Part shown: piece after piece, positions 31,987 through 42,164 of the stretch | How the letters are laid out: the number at the start of each line of letters is the position of its first letter | Numbering within the stretch: the stretch's first letter is position 1 | Origin: a virus | Taxonomy: Duplodnaviria; Caudoviricetes | IMG/VR virus record: IMGVR_UViG_3300032116_000009 | Length of the DNA stretch: 64,000 bases | Direction: 5' to 3' (one strand) | Notes under the pieces: model-generated | What the model saw: only the letters and a program-made list of their open reading frames with translations | The model's database searches: none | Told to the model about the DNA's origin: nothing | Position numbers and translations under genes: made by a program

Positions 31987-32040
31987 CGGTTTTCTCCAAA
32001 TTATGTTCTTATCTAAATCTTATTTATAAAAAAATAGACC

Positions 32041-32205
32041 CTAGTTTTTAGGGCCTTTGTTAAGAACTGTTCTCAAAAACAATTGAACAAAATCTAAAAT
32101 TCCATTTGCCTCAGTTCTTTTTGTTTTGGATAACCATTCAGATATAGATAAGAGCAATCCAAGAAAAATGGTAACTCCCCAATTAGTTACTAAACAAGTA
32201 ATCAT
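32041..32205 (-). CDS. 54-aa membrane microprotein
   Basis: Hand-translated MITCLVTNWGVTIFLGLLLSISEWLSKTK...; ATGA overlap. Confidence 0.55.
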   Translation of the reverse strand: MITCLVTNWGVTIFLGLLLSISEWLSKTKRTEANGILDFVQLFLRTVLNKGPKN

Positions 32206-32384
32206 GCTTCAGTCTCTTCCGGTTTGAAGAGAAGAATTTTGACTGTCTGTAGAATTTGATCATCAATACTGTTATCTGTTGATTTCACATATTTTTCAAG
32301 AAGAGAAATAACGAGATTTTTAACTGCTGGATGTGTAGCGATTTGTAGAAGAACTGGTTTTACTACGGCAACAACTGCTCCCAT
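32202..32384 (-). CDS. Hypothetical protein
   Basis: Probable start MGAVVAVVKP; STDNSIDD motif. Confidence 0.65.
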   Translation of the reverse strand: MGAVVAVVKPVLLQIATHPAVKNLVISLLEKYVKSTDNSIDDQILQTVKILLFKPEETEA

Positions 32385-32412
32385 GATGACCTCTATGTAT
32401 AGGCAGCCGTAT

Positions 32413-33108
32413 TTATAATTTTTGTTCAAAAAATTTAGGATCTATTTCTTGCAATTCATCTTTGACTTGAAAAACGACGTTAATCATTTTTCTATCATAT
32501 AAAGAATTCCTTGAACTTACAAAATGCCATCCAGAAGGCGTGTGGGGAAGAATGACATTTCTATTTTGAATATATCTACACCTAACAACATCACACATCG
32601 TATTATCTTTTTTTAAGTTAGTAATATGAATATTTCCTTCTGAACATGTATCATCTGGATGTTTGAAATAGACCATACTTTGAAATATCTTTTTCTGATC
32701 ATCTACATGAACTTCCATTCCATTCTTACCAACAATTTCCTTATCAATGAGAAATATAAAATTGTATTGCACGTCCGAATTACTATTTGAATCCCCGTAA
32801 GTGTAGTTTCCAGACTTTATTTTTTCAAAAAGTTTTGGTCTCCATTTCAAAAAAACATCTTCCATGAGATAAAATGTAGACTCAAAATATTTTTTACTAA
32901 TGTGATATTCTATAAAAGTTTTCCATTGGACATTAAATTCCATATCACTCAATAAAGAAACTTGATATTGCAATGATTCATTATTGGTATATGGAATCAT
33001 ACTAGATTTAGTTGGAAATGATCTTTCCAACTGTTCATAATTATCACAGTAATCATCATAAACTAGTAGTGGACTTGGAAACTTAATATACTCAACTAGT
33101 TTTGCCAT
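32413..33108 (-). CDS. 2OG-Fe(II) oxygenase-like protein
   Basis: HVD...MVYF...GWH...R pattern. Confidence 0.65.
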   Translation of the reverse strand: MAKLVEYIKFPSPLLVYDDYCDNYEQLERSFPTKSSMIPYTNNESLQYQVSLLSDMEFNVQWKTFIEYHISKKYFESTFYLMEDVFLKWRPKLFEKIKSGNYTYGDSNSNSDVQYNFIFLIDKEIVGKNGMEVHVDDQKKIFQSMVYFKHPDDTCSEGNIHITNLKKDNTMCDVVRCRYIQNRNVILPHTPSGWHFVSSRNSLYDRKMINVVFQVKDELQEIDPKFFEQKL

Positions 33109-33514
33109 TACGTCGTGATTTCAATAAATCAAAATCTTTTGCTTTTGTTCCACCATCATATTCCCATGCATAACCCTCATTAATCATCTGAGTATTTAAA
33201 GAAATTTCTTCTCCATTAATAAACAGATGTCCAATAATTCTACCATATTTTTCTGTAGAATCCGGAAGTTCGGTCTTGATAATAATATCTTTAGCAAATT
33301 CCAATCTATTCTTCAACCAATCTTTTGATTGTAATCCTAGTTTCTTTTCACTCGCATCAGTGGTACGACTTTCAGGAGTATCAATCCCAGCAAGCCGAAT
33401 GCGTTTAGTGAGAGATATGTCAAAACCCAAATCAATATCAGCGTCAATAGTGTCCCCATCGACTACCTTATGGACTGAGCGAATACGGTATATGTATGGA
33501 TCTTTATTTGACAT
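33092..33514 (-). CDS. Thermonuclease (SNase-like)
   Basis: VVDGDTI...RLAGIDTPE...KYGR. Confidence 0.9.
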   Translation of the reverse strand: MSNKDPYIYRIRSVHKVVDGDTIDADIDLGFDISLTKRIRLAGIDTPESRTTDASEKKLGLQSKDWLKNRLEFAKDIIIKTELPDSTEKYGRIIGHLFINGEEISLNTQMINEGYAWEYDGGTKAKDFDLLKSRRNGKTS

Positions 33515-33726
33515 TAGAAAGGAAACTTAATACTCCCAGTATTTAGTTTGGGAATTGGTAGTTTTTCGAATGCCTTAGTAACTTGTTTTTCTACAACAGC
33601 ACCAACAAACTGTTCTGGATTGTCAAGAATCTTTTGTGCCTTTTGATATGTAATATATGCTCCTACGCCAATTGCGGTACTAATACTCAGACTTGTCAGG
33701 GATAGAATTAGACTTAAATGTTTCAT
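33514..33726 (-). CDS. Small membrane protein
   Basis: N-terminal hydrophobic helix. Confidence 0.6.
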   Translation of the reverse strand: MKHLSLILSLTSLSISTAIGVGAYITYQKAQKILDNPEQFVGAVVEKQVTKAFEKLPIPKLNTGSIKFPF

Positions 33727-33828
33727 CTTTCATTTCCTCATGAGCTAACCGAAGTATATAGTAAATTACATATGCAGTAAAGATAAGTCCAGACCCAAGT
33801 ATAATCAATACACCCCAAGGAAACTCAC

Positions 33829-35103
33829 TCATCTCTGTTCCAACCAGTTCATAATTGCAAGTGCTGCTTTGTTAGCGTTAGGTGAGGCACATACGAGAGT
33901 GTAAATATCACTAATTGTTCCAATACCACTTCTACCAACTTGTAGTTGTGCTTTGTCATCAATGACTATCTGACTTCCACCACCACCAACAACAAATCCA
34001 CTTAAAAGAACTCTTCCACCAGTGAAAGAAGTTGCAGTTGTATCATATTGAGTAATTGCATCTGGGTTTGCGTGATCAGTAAATGCTGCACCGACTAGAG
34101 TTGGGTTCTCAACTAGTCTCCAGAAGATGTTAGTATTATCATTAGTAGATACTTGAAGTGACCTTGGAATTACAACACCACTCAACATATTTGATTTAAG
34201 ACGAATACTAAGAACTGGATAATAAGTATTCGCAACAGACATCGTAGTTCCAGTAAGAGCATTGCCCTGACTGACAAGAGTTCCAAGTTTTTCTGGTTCT
34301 CCTTCCTGAATAAGAGAATTAGAACCCTGATAAAGGTAATGAGTTCCTGCAACACCAGTTACATTTTCAATTTCACAACGAATTGGTAGGAATGGAGTAG
34401 AACACCAAACATATGGATTGGTATTTGAGTTATCAAATGTATGACTATGAATTGTTTCATTCTTCATTAACCAATTAAACTGAACAATTCCTGCACCATA
34501 CCATTCATAGTTAATTGAAATCATTTGTTGTTTTGTTGGATCTGCAACAACACCTGTATATCCATCACCACCAAACTTTTCACCATTCCAATTATCTCTG
34601 GTTACTCTAGTTTCTGTAGTAATTCCAGATGTACTACTGCGAATTACATATGAATATGTTCCACCATCGTCCTCAAAGTATGCACCGTTATAGTCATCAA
34701 ACAGTCCAAATCTTCTGCGAATTCCTACCTTTGGTTCTTCAAGACGAATAGCAAATGCAAGAGTTGCACCCCTACCAGGAATGTATCTCATTACAGTCCT
34801 AGTTTGACGAATGACTTTACTCCCTGCAGTAGATCCAACTTGCATCACTACATTACTGGATGATGCGTTGTGATATGCAGTTCCAACTCCAACTATTCTT
34901 TCATCCCATACATCACTCTCTTTTCCGTACTGGAAAGTATTAAAGAAGACTGTTTGGTACGGAGCAACTTTAAGTCTGTTGTTATTAGAAAACTGAGGTC
35001 TCCAGTCTGTCTGGTTTCCCCAGTGATCTGCAATATTAAAAACTTCAAAGAGACTTCTCTCTTGATTTAGATAGTCCTGTTCATTCTTATTCCACTGAGC
35101 CAT
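33829..35103 (-). CDS. Putative virion structural protein
   Basis: 424-aa beta-rich ORF (YIPGR, YEWYGAG) in a late operon. Confidence 0.65.
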   Translation of the reverse strand: MAQWNKNEQDYLNQERSLFEVFNIADHWGNQTDWRPQFSNNNRLKVAPYQTVFFNTFQYGKESDVWDERIVGVGTAYHNASSSNVVMQVGSTAGSKVIRQTRTVMRYIPGRGATLAFAIRLEEPKVGIRRRFGLFDDYNGAYFEDDGGTYSYVIRSSTSGITTETRVTRDNWNGEKFGGDGYTGVVADPTKQQMISINYEWYGAGIVQFNWLMKNETIHSHTFDNSNTNPYVWCSTPFLPIRCEIENVTGVAGTHYLYQGSNSLIQEGEPEKLGTLVSQGNALTGTTMSVANTYYPVLSIRLKSNMLSGVVIPRSLQVSTNDNTNIFWRLVENPTLVGAAFTDHANPDAITQYDTTATSFTGGRVLLSGFVVGGGGSQIVIDDKAQLQVGRSGIGTISDIYTLVCASPNANKAALAIMNWLEQR

Positions 35104-35420
35104 TATTCACTCCAAGATAGTCTTTCTGGTTGATACCTCTGAGTATTCTTAATTTTTAAAGAACTTTGAGATTGTGATGGATAAATGTTATGAACGATTG
35201 CTCCAGGATACTCACTCTGAAGTTGTTCAGCGAGAGCGTTCTTATCCATCATAGAACCCTCTACTTCCAAACGATACATCTTTCCTTCCCAAACTACATC
35301 AGCAAAGAAAGACTCTCCTACTGGTTCTGATTGTGGTTCGGAACCATTGATATAAAGGTTTCCGTTGAAGTCACCAGCAATGTTAATTGCTTCCGATAAA
35401 AATTGATTGAATGATTTCAT
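35103..35420 (-). CDS. Putative internal head protein with CTS-like N-terminus
   Basis: MKSFNQFLSE resembles the T4 capsid-targeting sequence MKTYQEFIAE. Confidence 0.6.
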   Translation of the reverse strand: MKSFNQFLSEAINIAGDFNGNLYINGSEPQSEPVGESFFADVVWEGKMYRLEVEGSMMDKNALAEQLQSEYPGAIVHNIYPSQSQSSLKIKNTQRYQPERLSWSE

Positions 35421-37756
35421 TAGTTACAGTTCCAACGACGAAGGGCTTTGTTGATTCTTGAATCTGGATCTCGTGCAGTTTCTGCACTAGTTAGTCTCTT
35501 TTTCATACCTTCCATTCTGCGGCAAAAGGACTTACGGCGTTCAGCCCTTTTGCCCGCAGGCTTTTTTTCAGTTACTGCAGTCTGAAGTTTTGAACCTGGA
35601 TTTTCACGACGATAAGCATCTACAGCTTTCTGACTGAGACCATCGGTTTTATCTTTACGATTAACTGACTGCCAATCTTCCTTAACTCCAATCATCACAA
35701 TCGGATTTCTAACTCCAGCGGATCTCATCTTAGTTTTTGTTAGATTTACTTTAGTTGGTAAATCTCTCATATCCTTTTTTGGAGTTTCATTCTCTTTTTC
35801 GTCACATCCACAACCTTCACTCATGTTTGGATTGATTTGAATTTTATTTTTCTTTTTAGAAACATCAATTACTTTTTTTTTATCCGTTGCAGAGGAAAAA
35901 TCTTCTACTTCAAATAAAAAATCTTTTCTCCAATCATGGAGTTCTTCTTTTGTGACTTCTTTTTTATTTTGTTTGTTTAGTTCTCTTTTTGTCTTTGCAA
36001 TTTTAAATGCAGCTGCGCCCAATTGAACTCCACCTTTAACCATCTTACCAATATTACTTGCAACTTTAGTTGCAGCTGCACCTTCGGTATCTTTAGTAGA
36101 TATTTTTTGATATTCTGGTCTATCTACAGATTTTTTGGATGATTCAATTTTTTGTTCTAGTTCTCTTTTTCTATTTTTTTCTGCTTCCTTTTTCTTTTTT
36201 TCTAGAGCCTCAGCTTTTTTCTGAGCTCTCATTTTATCTTCCCTTTTAGTTCTTTCTTTTCTAGCTTCAGCTTTAGAAGCGGCCTTTTCTCTTTCAGTTT
36301 GTTGAAGAATTTTTGCAGCTTTTACTCTCGTGGCACCCCTAACTCTCTCAGCTCTTTCTACCCCAGTAACTTTTCGTTTACCTTTTTCTGGTTCTTCCTC
36401 AGTTTCTTTAGGCTTTTTTGATTTTTTATTGTCATCGTCTCCACGAATATCCGCAAGAAGATCGTCAAGTTTACCTTCACTTAATGGAGAAAATTCTAGG
36501 ATCATTCTATCAACTAAAGATAACTCTTCTTTAGTCTCCTCCTTTTTTTCAGGGAGTCCTGCATGTTTTGTCTTTGCAAAATCTCTTGCAGATTTCTTAG
36601 TCATTCCCTCTGCAGCCTTTGCAACCTCTGGAGAAGCAGGAGTTTCACCTTTCTTAGCAGCATAAACCATACCCATGAATCTCTGTTGAGCTCTACTTAG
36701 AGACTTCTCTGTAAGATATCCCTCACCCATTGCCTTCTGTTTACGAAGTTTCTTAGGATTCTTTGTCTTGTCTGCAGAGTAGTTATTATCATCCTCATTA
36801 TCAGGATCTACAGCACTACGATGTCTTGTGCGTCTTTCCTCATCATCCATGTTTGCACGACTTCTCTTTGCTTCATCTGGAGAATACTTTCTACCACTGT
36901 TGTACCATTCCTTACCTACATGACCTCTCTTCTCAGCATCAGCAGAAGCTTCTCTACGCTTATTCTTCTGACGATTTGCTTTGAAATCTTTCATGGTCAT
37001 ACCTTCTTCGATTTCAGTCTCTTCTTTTTTCACTCCTCTTCTCTCTTCATGTTCAGCTCTACGAGCCCTTTGTTGACCTCCACCTAATGCAAGGGCACCA
37101 CTTGGATTGTCATATCTTGCAAGTCTTGCTGCAGATCTCTTATGTTCTGGAAGTTTCTTATCTGCCTTACCTTCATCAACAAGGTCGCCTTCGGGTTCAT
37201 AAGATTGACGAAGTTGTTTCATTGCATCGTTAAGTGCATTGTTACGTTTTTGCATTCCATATGCAGCACCAGCAATACCTGTTCCAGGATTTTTAATCTG
37301 TTTTCCTTTATTTGCAGCATCTACTCCAGATTTCGCAGCATCTTTAGCTCTCTTAATTGCAGCACCAGCAGCAAGAGCTCCACCAAGAGCAAGTCCGCCA
37401 GCAATTAGTGGTGCAATCTCATCAATCTGTTCTACTTCTTCTTTCGCTTGAATAATCTTACTTCTTACCTTTCTGCGATTTAAAAGATATTTGTCAGTCT
37501 TATCATGATCTCCATCATTATCAATATCCTTATCTTCTTGACCAACAGCATCCAGTTGTTTCGCTTCTTCTACTTTCTTCTTCTTGTCTGCAGCAATGGC
37601 AGCTCCAACAGTAGCTCTCCTCTTCTTAAGATAACTATCAGAACTATCGGAATCACCATCATTATCCACATCGTCATCTTCATGACCAACTGGATCCAGT
37701 TTTTTAGCTGTTTTAGCTTCTGCAACAATACGTGAAAATTTTTCCCAACTAGACAT
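35420..37756 (-). CDS. Modular low-complexity protein, putative protease-processed internal head polyprotein; C-terminal RRKSFC..M domain (DUF6321-like)
   Basis: Successive basic modules separated by [ILV]xE junctions; two DxDNDGD motifs. Confidence 0.75.
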   Translation of the reverse strand: MSSWEKFSRIVAEAKTAKKLDPVGHEDDDVDNDGDSDSSDSYLKKRRATVGAAIAADKKKKVEEAKQLDAVGQEDKDIDNDGDHDKTDKYLLNRRKVRSKIIQAKEEVEQIDEIAPLIAGGLALGGALAAGAAIKRAKDAAKSGVDAANKGKQIKNPGTGIAGAAYGMQKRNNALNDAMKQLRQSYEPEGDLVDEGKADKKLPEHKRSAARLARYDNPSGALALGGGQQRARRAEHEERRGVKKEETEIEEGMTMKDFKANRQKNKRREASADAEKRGHVGKEWYNSGRKYSPDEAKRSRANMDDEERRTRHRSAVDPDNEDDNNYSADKTKNPKKLRKQKAMGEGYLTEKSLSRAQQRFMGMVYAAKKGETPASPEVAKAAEGMTKKSARDFAKTKHAGLPEKKEETKEELSLVDRMILEFSPLSEGKLDDLLADIRGDDDNKKSKKPKETEEEPEKGKRKVTGVERAERVRGATRVKAAKILQQTEREKAASKAEARKERTKREDKMRAQKKAEALEKKKKEAEKNRKRELEQKIESSKKSVDRPEYQKISTKDTEGAAATKVASNIGKMVKGGVQLGAAAFKIAKTKRELNKQNKKEVTKEELHDWRKDFLFEVEDFSSATDKKKVIDVSKKKNKIQINPNMSEGCGCDEKENETPKKDMRDLPTKVNLTKTKMRSAGVRNPIVMIGVKEDWQSVNRKDKTDGLSQKAVDAYRRENPGSKLQTAVTEKKPAGKRAERRKSFCRRMEGMKKRLTSAETARDPDSRINKALRRWNCN

Positions 37757-37781
37757 TTATCTGTAAAAAATACTGCTAGTT

Positions 37782-39044
37782 TTATTTATTCTTTTTGCCT
37801 CTACGAAACTTATCGTAAATAGATGCAATCTTAACACCGGTATAACTTTTAACTTCTTGTCCTGGAGTTAATGATTGGAGATACTCCCTATATTCATCTG
37901 TACCGATTTCATGGGGGTGTTCAGTGAGATCTTTTAACCAAGACTTGAACATAACTCCGTCTTCAGTTACACAAATGACATAGTTAGTTCCTCTACGAAT
38001 TACTTCACCTCTAAGGCCTGTATTCATATTTTCAACGATAGATCCAACTTCATAGATGTGATCAACTAGGTATGCATCTCTAAGACCCTCTTCATCAAAT
38101 TTAGGTGCAACTTCCCAAATTTCCGTCTGTTCATTAATTCCCATAGATCTACGAAGAACATTAAAAAGTTCCATCTTTTCAGTGTTACCCAGAGTATCAG
38201 GAACACCTTTCGCAAACTTTTTAAAGTCACCTTCTGCTGCAGCAAGACGAAGTTTTGAAGCAGACATTCCTGTTACATCATCAGAGTCTGGATCTCTTTC
38301 TCCTGCAGAAACTACTTCAAGTTGATCATAATTATAAAGTTCCCCATTATACTTATGACTCAAACCTTGAAACTCTCCGAGTCGGTCTTGGCCCACCATG
38401 ATGATCATATTATTATGACCTTCTTGATTTGCACCCGTCAATACATTAAAGATTGTTTTTGCTCCCTTGTCGTCAATAATACTATCTGCATAATCTGGGA
38501 ACATCTGACGCATATATGAAATCTTCATTTGTGGAGTCAAAGGATTTTTCTTAGCATCATGAGAACGAGAAGGATAAACTCTCAATTCATATCCTCTCTT
38601 ATCAGCTTCCTTTGCAGCACGATCTAAAAGTTTTTGATGACCAATTGTTGGTGGATTAAATCTACCAAACACCACAACAACTCCTGGAGTTTCTGGAACT
38701 GGTACTTCTGCAGGTTGTTCTTCTGTCGCTGGTGCAGATTGTTGTTCTGGTGAAACTTGTTGAGAATTTTGTGTCTGTTGTGGGGAGGGTTCTTGAACAA
38801 CAGACTGAGTTGCAGTCTGTTTAGATGAGATTGATTTAGTACTTGGTTGAGATGGGGAATCTTTTTGTCCTGGAATATTATCACTACCAAAGAACTTTAA
38901 TTTACCAGCCACAGTTTTTGCAACAAACTCACCATTTTTGTCATACCATCCGCCATGACCATCTCCGGTCAAACCAAGTCTCTTGGCTTCTGTAGATGCA
39001 GAAGTTTCTCTAGCTTCAGTGAGGAACTGCGTGAAATTCTTCAT
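37782..39044 (-). CDS. Cytidylyltransferase-like (HxGH nucleotidyltransferase) protein
   Basis: FGRFNPPTIGH...VGQDR...MSASKLR; N-terminus MKNFTQFLTE. Confidence 0.88.
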   Translation of the reverse strand: MKNFTQFLTEARETSASTEAKRLGLTGDGHGGWYDKNGEFVAKTVAGKLKFFGSDNIPGQKDSPSQPSTKSISSKQTATQSVVQEPSPQQTQNSQQVSPEQQSAPATEEQPAEVPVPETPGVVVVFGRFNPPTIGHQKLLDRAAKEADKRGYELRVYPSRSHDAKKNPLTPQMKISYMRQMFPDYADSIIDDKGAKTIFNVLTGANQEGHNNMIIMVGQDRLGEFQGLSHKYNGELYNYDQLEVVSAGERDPDSDDVTGMSASKLRLAAAEGDFKKFAKGVPDTLGNTEKMELFNVLRRSMGINEQTEIWEVAPKFDEEGLRDAYLVDHIYEVGSIVENMNTGLRGEVIRRGTNYVICVTEDGVMFKSWLKDLTEHPHEIGTDEYREYLQSLTPGQEVKSYTGVKIASIYDKFRRGKKNK

Positions 39045-39084
39045 TATTAATTGAGTTAGGATTCCTTAACCATAAAGGTATTTA

Positions 39085-40155
39085 TTATTTTTCCTTCGGT
39101 GCATAGGCCGCAGGACCGGCTTCAACATAGAATTTTAATTCTTTAATTTGAAAATCTTCCCCACTTCCTGCAACTCTTTTTTTAAATCTTAATTGAAACA
39201 ATTCCTTGTTTAATGGCTTAATAATAAATTTTAAATTATCTCCACTTTTTTGTACATCTATTGAGGATGTTTTTTGTTGAAGTTCATTTATATAATCAAC
39301 AGTAATTTCTTTTATTTTTGTTTTGTCAATATCAACAACATTAGCTAAATCCGAACCAAAAGTCATAGATTTAAATAGTTCAAAAGCCTGATCCTTAAAA
39401 GTAGAATTCCTAGAAGCATCTTCAAGAGATTCTAATGTCTCTTTATACAATTCTTTAATAGTGTCTACTTTTAATTTCTTTTCTAAAGGGGTTCTTGCTT
39501 GTGCAAGTTGTTCTCCTAATATTTTTCTATATTTTGTTTCATTTGGAAGTGAGACTCCGAATCTTTTTACAATGTCCATCATCCCATTAAAAGGACTAAG
39601 ATTAGCCAAAGTTTTACTTCCAGACTTTAAAGAAAAACTCAATGTTCTATCAAGTTGTTTCTTACCATTCATAGTTACGGAAACTTCCAAATCTCCCTTT
39701 ATATCTCCACCAGAAGATTCTCCAGCAATACCGTCAGCATTAATAACAATATCAACAGTATCAGATTTATTATTTTTAAGATAACTATCCTTAGTTCTTT
39801 TTATCAGATCTTGATAATGTGTTTTGGTAAAAGTAATTAAATTATCTATTTTTCTATCAATATTTCCTACATCTGAACTTTTTTCATAGAGTGGTGCATA
39901 GTTGGGTCCAAATGCCATATTCGTTGATTCATATTTTAATCTAATAATCAATGTAACTTTAATTTGATCCTGAGGACGACCATCTTTAAATTCTCTTACT
40001 ACTATTTCAGATCTACCATTCTTAAAAATACCAGGATCTATTTGTCTTCTCCACCTATTAACATTCGATTTATTAATCGTACCATTTGCAAACAATTCGG
40101 CAAGACAGATGGCAAATACGCCCTCCATCACATCTCCTTCATTTAATTTTGCCAT
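39085..40155 (-). CDS. Hypothetical protein, possible PD-(D/E)XK nuclease fold
   Basis: GDVMEG...KGDLEV...FSLK pattern; tentative. Confidence 0.45.
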   Translation of the reverse strand: MAKLNEGDVMEGVFAICLAELFANGTINKSNVNRWRRQIDPGIFKNGRSEIVVREFKDGRPQDQIKVTLIIRLKYESTNMAFGPNYAPLYEKSSDVGNIDRKIDNLITFTKTHYQDLIKRTKDSYLKNNKSDTVDIVINADGIAGESSGGDIKGDLEVSVTMNGKKQLDRTLSFSLKSGSKTLANLSPFNGMMDIVKRFGVSLPNETKYRKILGEQLAQARTPLEKKLKVDTIKELYKETLESLEDASRNSTFKDQAFELFKSMTFGSDLANVVDIDKTKIKEITVDYINELQQKTSSIDVQKSGDNLKFIIKPLNKELFQLRFKKRVAGSGEDFQIKELKFYVEAGPAAYAPKEK

Positions 40156-40162
40156 AGGTACT

Positions 40163-40193
40163 AAAAAACCCTTCCAAATATTTATGGAAGGGT
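40163..40193 (-). terminator. Terminator with a late promoter (ATAAATA) in its loop
   Basis: ACCCTTCCA-TAAATATT-TGGAAGGGT followed by a T-run. Confidence 0.75.
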
Positions 40194-40374
40194 AATAATT
40201 ATTTTTTACTCACTGCAGATTCCATCGCCGAATCTAAGTTAGTAATTACTTCACGAAGATTAAAGATCCTTTCTGGAATTGCATGACCATTAGTATAACC
40301 TTTTTGAGCATCAACAAGAGACATCAAAACTATTCCCGCTTCCTCAAGACTCATTTCAAGAACTACTTTAGTAC

Positions 40375-40782
40375 TCACAGATCATCCTCCGAACGATTTT
40401 CAGAATAATAAACATCAAAAGATCCCCCTGGATAACGTTTCTCAAGTTTAGTTACGTTACGAGCAACAACTTCATCAATAGTAACTTCAAGTGCCATGCA
40501 AGCTTGTGCAACATACCACATAATGTCACCAAGTTCAATAATCAAATGTTCTTTATTATCTACATTCCAGGGTTTACCTTGGAAAATCATTTTCTTAATA
40601 ATTTCCAAAAACTCACCACCTTCAGCATTGATACCAACACCAGCAGTAAGCAGTCGTTCAATATTGGCACCTTTTTCATCAAGTTCTACAAGACGATTGG
40701 AAAGGGCAAGGAAATCAGTAGATGCGTCGGAGGTTACTGCATCAACAAATTGTGTATATTTGTTAAAATCAACTTTACTCAT
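40375..40782 (-). CDS. mazG: MazG-like nucleotide pyrophosphohydrolase
   Basis: GINAEGGEF.EIIKK...ELGDIMWY...N..KL.KRYP. Confidence 0.92.
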   Translation of the reverse strand: MSKVDFNKYTQFVDAVTSDASTDFLALSNRLVELDEKGANIERLLTAGVGINAEGGEFLEIIKKMIFQGKPWNVDNKEHLIIELGDIMWYVAQACMALEVTIDEVVARNVTKLEKRYPGGSFDVYYSENRSEDDL

Positions 40783-42164
40783 TAGAATTTAAATCCCTCG
40801 AATGATTTTTTAGGTCCAGTTTTCTTTTCCTCATAAGTATACTCCTCTTCTTGTCCAGAGTCAAGTATGTCAGCTTGAGCACTCTGTTCACAATCATAGA
40901 GTCGCATCTTTGCACGATCAATACCAACAACGAACCTTTTATTGATGGTAGGATCATTATAACGATTCTTCAATTGTTTCACCATAATCTGACCCAACTC
41001 TTCAAGTTCTTCAGTACCAATAAGAGCAAACATAAGGTCTGCAGTAGCAGGAAGACCGAAAGATTCGGAAGTATCAGTTAGTTCAACATCAGAAGATCCA
41101 TAACCACTTCTGGTAGTTTGTGTTGCACTCACAATAGGTAGATTGAACTCCACTGCAAGACCACGAAGTTCTTCGGCAATAGCTTTAATATAAGAATAAG
41201 AATTGACTGAAAGATTTCCCTTATACCTAGAAGAGGCACAAATATTAAGATAGTCAATAAAAATAATATCAGGTTTGAATGACTTCTTAAGAGCAAGTTC
41301 ATTCAACAATGATTTAAAGTGACCACTGTGAGCAGATGCAGTAGGATACTCTTTAATAATCAAAGTACCCTGAGTTTTCTTAGCAATATTACTAACTTTA
41401 TTCTCGAACATCTGACGAGGAAGATTAGTAATCTCTTGGATATTCACATTCAAAAGATTCGCATCAATCCTTTCCGCAATTCTCTCTTCAGCCATCTCCA
41501 TAGTAATATAGAGAACATTGCGACCTTGTAGGAGAGTAGAAGCAGCAAAGTGACACATGAATAGAGACTTACCAACACCAGTGCCTGCAAGAGCAATGTT
41601 GAGAGTTTTGTTAGGAAGACCACCCTTTGTAATACGGTTGAAGAATTCCAAATCGAAAGGAATTTTGTCTTCTTTCTGGTGGTAGAATTCATATCGTTCT
41701 TCATAATCATGAAGATAATCGTGACCTACGTTTGTATCAAAACTAACTGCAAGTGCATCGGAAAGAATAGATGGAATTGCATCTTTAGACTTCTTGGAAT
41801 CCTTACCATCAACGATCGCAATAGATTCCATCAATGCCAAATAAATGGCTTTATCACGACACCACTTTTCAGTAGTATCACACAACCAAGATGTATCTAG
41901 GAGAGATTCTTCGAGATTGAAAATATATTCAGTAACTTCTTTATACGAGTTTTCATTTAGATCAGTACGATTCTCAATCTCAACATGAAGAATTTCTTTT
42001 GTAGGAAGTTTATTATAATTAAAAATAAACTTACAGATCTCCTCAAAAACTACTCTCTCAGCGTAATCTGTAAAGTATTCAGTTCTGATGAAAGGCAAAA
42101 CCTTCCTAGAATATTCTTCATTAAATGCGAGACTCCTGAGAATAGTAGTTTCAACCCTTTCCAT
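40782..42164 (-). CDS. Replicative DNA helicase (gp41)
   Basis: ALAGTGVGKS Walker A, ITMEMAEE, IFIDYLN, SATQTTR, LKNRY. Confidence 0.96.
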   Translation of the reverse strand: MERVETTILRSLAFNEEYSRKVLPFIRTEYFTDYAERVVFEEICKFIFNYNKLPTKEILHVEIENRTDLNENSYKEVTEYIFNLEESLLDTSWLCDTTEKWCRDKAIYLALMESIAIVDGKDSKKSKDAIPSILSDALAVSFDTNVGHDYLHDYEERYEFYHQKEDKIPFDLEFFNRITKGGLPNKTLNIALAGTGVGKSLFMCHFAASTLLQGRNVLYITMEMAEERIAERIDANLLNVNIQEITNLPRQMFENKVSNIAKKTQGTLIIKEYPTASAHSGHFKSLLNELALKKSFKPDIIFIDYLNICASSRYKGNLSVNSYSYIKAIAEELRGLAVEFNLPIVSATQTTRSGYGSSDVELTDTSESFGLPATADLMFALIGTEELEELGQIMVKQLKNRYNDPTINKRFVVGIDRAKMRLYDCEQSAQADILDSGQEEEYTYEEKKTGPKKSFEGFKF

